64,000 bases of DNA from positions 5,022,001-5,086,000 of the forward strand of contig CM007990.1 in the NCBI GenBank assembly GCA_002189035.1, given 5' to 3'. Source of the stretch: Utricularia gibba. Lineage: Eukaryota; Plantae; Magnoliophyta. Made by a program: the position numbers and the translations under genes. The number at the start of each line of letters is the position of its first letter. Position 1 is the stretch's first letter. Below, piece by piece: positions 61,814-64,000 of the stretch. The notes beneath the pieces were generated by a model that searched no databases, had not been told where the DNA came from, and saw nothing but the letters and a program-made list of their open reading frames with translations.

Positions 61814-61920
61814 AGCCCAATATCACTTTGGGCTTACTTTTGTCAAACTTCAGCACACGCATCTCTTTCGGCTCAATACTTGCTTCACCCAACTCATGTT
61901 CTTTAAATGAGCCCGGCCCA
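61814..61920. promoter_or_regulatory. Site II cluster upstream of GNAT1, possibly bidirectional
   Basis: AGCCCA 61814, TGGGCT 61829, GGCCCA 61915. Confidence 0.5.
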
Positions 61921-63090
61921 ATTAAAGGCCTGCGGTTATTCCATCGGCTCATCACTACTTGAACGGGATGATCTCACTTGTGCCATTGTCTACCTCGCCT
62001 GGTATCGGCGATTCTACAGGTGCGTTGATTTTCTGTGTAATTGATTTCATTGCTCTTCGGTATTGTTTTTTCACTTTGCTTTAGTTACTTTATCCCCATA
62101 AAGACATATGAAGAGGCTAACTATAGAGATATGACGCCATTTTGGGCGTCTGGTATTGTTTTCCTCGCTCTGTTGGGTGGAGATGTTTGAGGTTTTCTTT
62201 GTTTGATACATCGGGAGTAGAGTTACTTGATGTTTTAGGTTTTCGGCCGTGTTATATGTTTATCTTCTTGCTGGCTTTCGTAAGCCTTGTGCTGTTCAGT
62301 TTTTGAAATGGAAGTGGCTCATGAATCTAGAATGATTAAAAGGGTCCTACGGCTCGATGATGTGGACCATCACTAGTAAATTGCATTATCTTGTTTTACA
62401 ACTTGGAAGAAGAAAGGGATGATGTGATTAACTGATCTCTCTGCTGCTGATGCCTAGCAAACCTTCTCTCCTTCCATTCTCATAATTTCCATGTCTTCCT
62501 CCTGTATCTATGTCTTACAACAATTGTCCCCCAAAACACCGTTTATGAGCTCTTATGCTAGCTGATGTTTTTTTGATAATAACAAATCATGTGACATCTG
62601 CGCCCTCAGTAGTTCTGATTAACTAAATGTTTGTGTTGGCTCATTTTCCCAATTCTCCTGAGAGTTGCCAAGTTACTTATAGGTGATCAATGTTGGGTTT
62701 TGATTCTAGATTCTTTTCAAGAGGAAAGCTTTTGCACGATGAGGTGAATGTTCTTCAAGATGCAGATATCACTTGCCAGAAAACAGGTGCTGATTGTGAT
62801 TGTCTTCTTAAACGAATTACCTAATTCCCATCTGGGAGTCTTCTGAATGGCCTATCGTGCAAGCTTCAAACAATTGCTGCTGGTAGACAGACAAACCAAT
62901 CAATTTATCATCCCAGAAACTGAAAGAGCACACAACAATTCAAAGGCAACATTTCACCGCCGTGAGCAACCACCCGACACAACACAAGCGCGCACACAAC
63001 TACTAACGGCGAAGCCCTTAGAGTCCTTTTTATTGAAAGCAGAGAAAACGAACTGGAAAATGCAACTCCTTTTCTTCTTCTACGGCTTGA

Positions 63091-64000
63091 TCATTCTCCC
63101 TTGCCGTCGGTATCAGAATCTTCTCCGGTGAAGCATTTCAGGATGGATCTTGGCGATCCGCAGCACTCAGTCATCGCAAACTTTTGGAACATGATGGATC
63201 CTCCCAGTTCAAGCCCTTCGACATATTTTTCTTCACAATAGTACCCCTTGATGTCTAGGTTGCGGATATGATCATAGAGTTCAGTACCATATTCGGCATG
63301 CACGGAGACAGAGAACTCCTTTGGTTCAAAGCAAGCCAAAACCCTCTTGATCAGCAGTCCCAGATTCATGCTTTTCAGGTCATATCCAGAAGCTTCGAAG
63401 CTCGCATAACTAAATCCGTCCTCTGGTGTAATGTGGATAGTGGAGATTGCAGAACCTTCGATAGAGTTCATTGAGTAACCACACGGCTCGAACTCGAAGT
63501 CACAGATGTCAGATTCAGGAAGGATGTTTCTTATGCCAGAGGTCTTGGTCATCCAAGGGGCCGAGCTGGAGTCAGTCTTGTAGAAAACAGATGCCTTGTC
63601 CCTGTCCAACCCTGTCATGCACATTTCTAAGGTGTAAATTGGGTCAAAAGCTTCGGCACCATCCGCAGATGCGGAGTAAACATGCCATTTCTTGACATTA
63701 TCAGGGTTTCCCATCACATAAGCCTTGCTGCCACTTGAACCCAGATTTCCAAAATAACTATCAAGGACAACCACTTCTTCGGAGAAGCTGCGGTGGGGGT
63801 ATGTCTGAGCTCCAGGGAAAATGAAGCTTCCACGAGTATACGTGACATTCTTAACAGACAGAGAAATGGACTCGGCTAACTTCAGAATGACTGGGATTGA
63901 AAGAAGCAACTTTGTTGTCCCACAGGTTTTGATGATGATCTTGTACGGGTAGACAAACAAGCTCGATTCAGAGAGGACATATGAGTCAACATGCTCATTA
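63091..64000 (-). CDS. SAMDC: S-adenosylmethionine decarboxylase proenzyme (5' end outside the window)
   Basis: Self-cleavage motif [13 protein letters not shown] at about 63955-63987, [19 protein letters not shown] and [16 protein letters not shown]. Confidence 0.96.
   Translation of the reverse strand, partial: NEHVDSYVLSESSLFVYPYKIIIKTCGTTKLLLSIPVILKLAESISLSVKNVTYTRGSFIFPGAQTYPHRSFSEEVVVLDSYFGNLGSSGSKAYVMGNPDNVKKWHVYSASADGAEAFDPIYTLEMCMTGLDRDKASVFYKTDSSSAPWMTKTSGIRNILPESDICDFEFEPCGYSMNSIEGSAISTIHITPEDGFSYASFEASGYDLKSMNLGLLIKRVLACFEPKEFSVSVHAEYGTELYDHIRNLDIKGYYCEEKYVEGLELGGSIMFQKFAMTECCGSPRSILKCFTGEDSDTDGKGE

Noticed and set aside
61955-61975. TACTTGAACGGGAT similar to U3 snoRNA box A'/A
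   Set aside because: Similarity stops after about 14 nt, there is no USE upstream, and the rest does not resemble U3.
59355-62351. GGTCCTACG occurring three times within 3 kb (59355, 60588, 62343)
   Set aside because: Noticed post hoc, flanks are unrelated, and there is no consistent position relative to genes; compatible with chance.
1-64000. tRNA, rRNA, CRISPR, intact LTR or transposase ORFs, conserved miRNA hairpins
   Set aside because: None seen by eye. Most remaining ORFs in the six-frame track are antisense or alternate-frame shadows of the annotated genes.

Overview
A very gene-dense piece of eudicot nuclear DNA. It holds 22 recognisable protein-coding genes in 64 kb (about 1 per 2.9 kb), mostly with 60-110 nt introns, short AT-rich spacers and no intact transposon. 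Gene order: R2R3-MYB (subgroup 21), MPSR1-type RING-H2, plastid uL18-like, GH28 polygalacturonase-like, apyrase 6, RING-CH/MARCH, CLE45-like peptide, PKS, sphingoid-base hydroxylase, class I TCP, CYP23, PRE HLH, MYB88/FLP, TRIPP-like, HD-Zip I, PTST2, thioredoxin h, DnaJ-B, UBP15, group S bZIP, GNAT1/SNAT2, SAMDC (5' end outside the window). This compactness suggests a miniature genome such as Lentibulariaceae, but the species cannot be determined from the sequence. Main oddities: (1) four single-base-deletion frameshifts in three otherwise intact genes, mostly in G/C runs, plus two possible further cases; sequencing error is the leading explanation; (2) an in-frame, stop-free GC-AG intron in the UBP15 catalytic domain; (3) a degenerate telomere-like 7-mer array bracketed by inverted repeats, next to a MITE-like element; (4) several unannotated units that look spliced but lack a recognisable ORF. 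I found no convincing new multi-gene system. Family assignments come from recalled motifs; no database searches were run.
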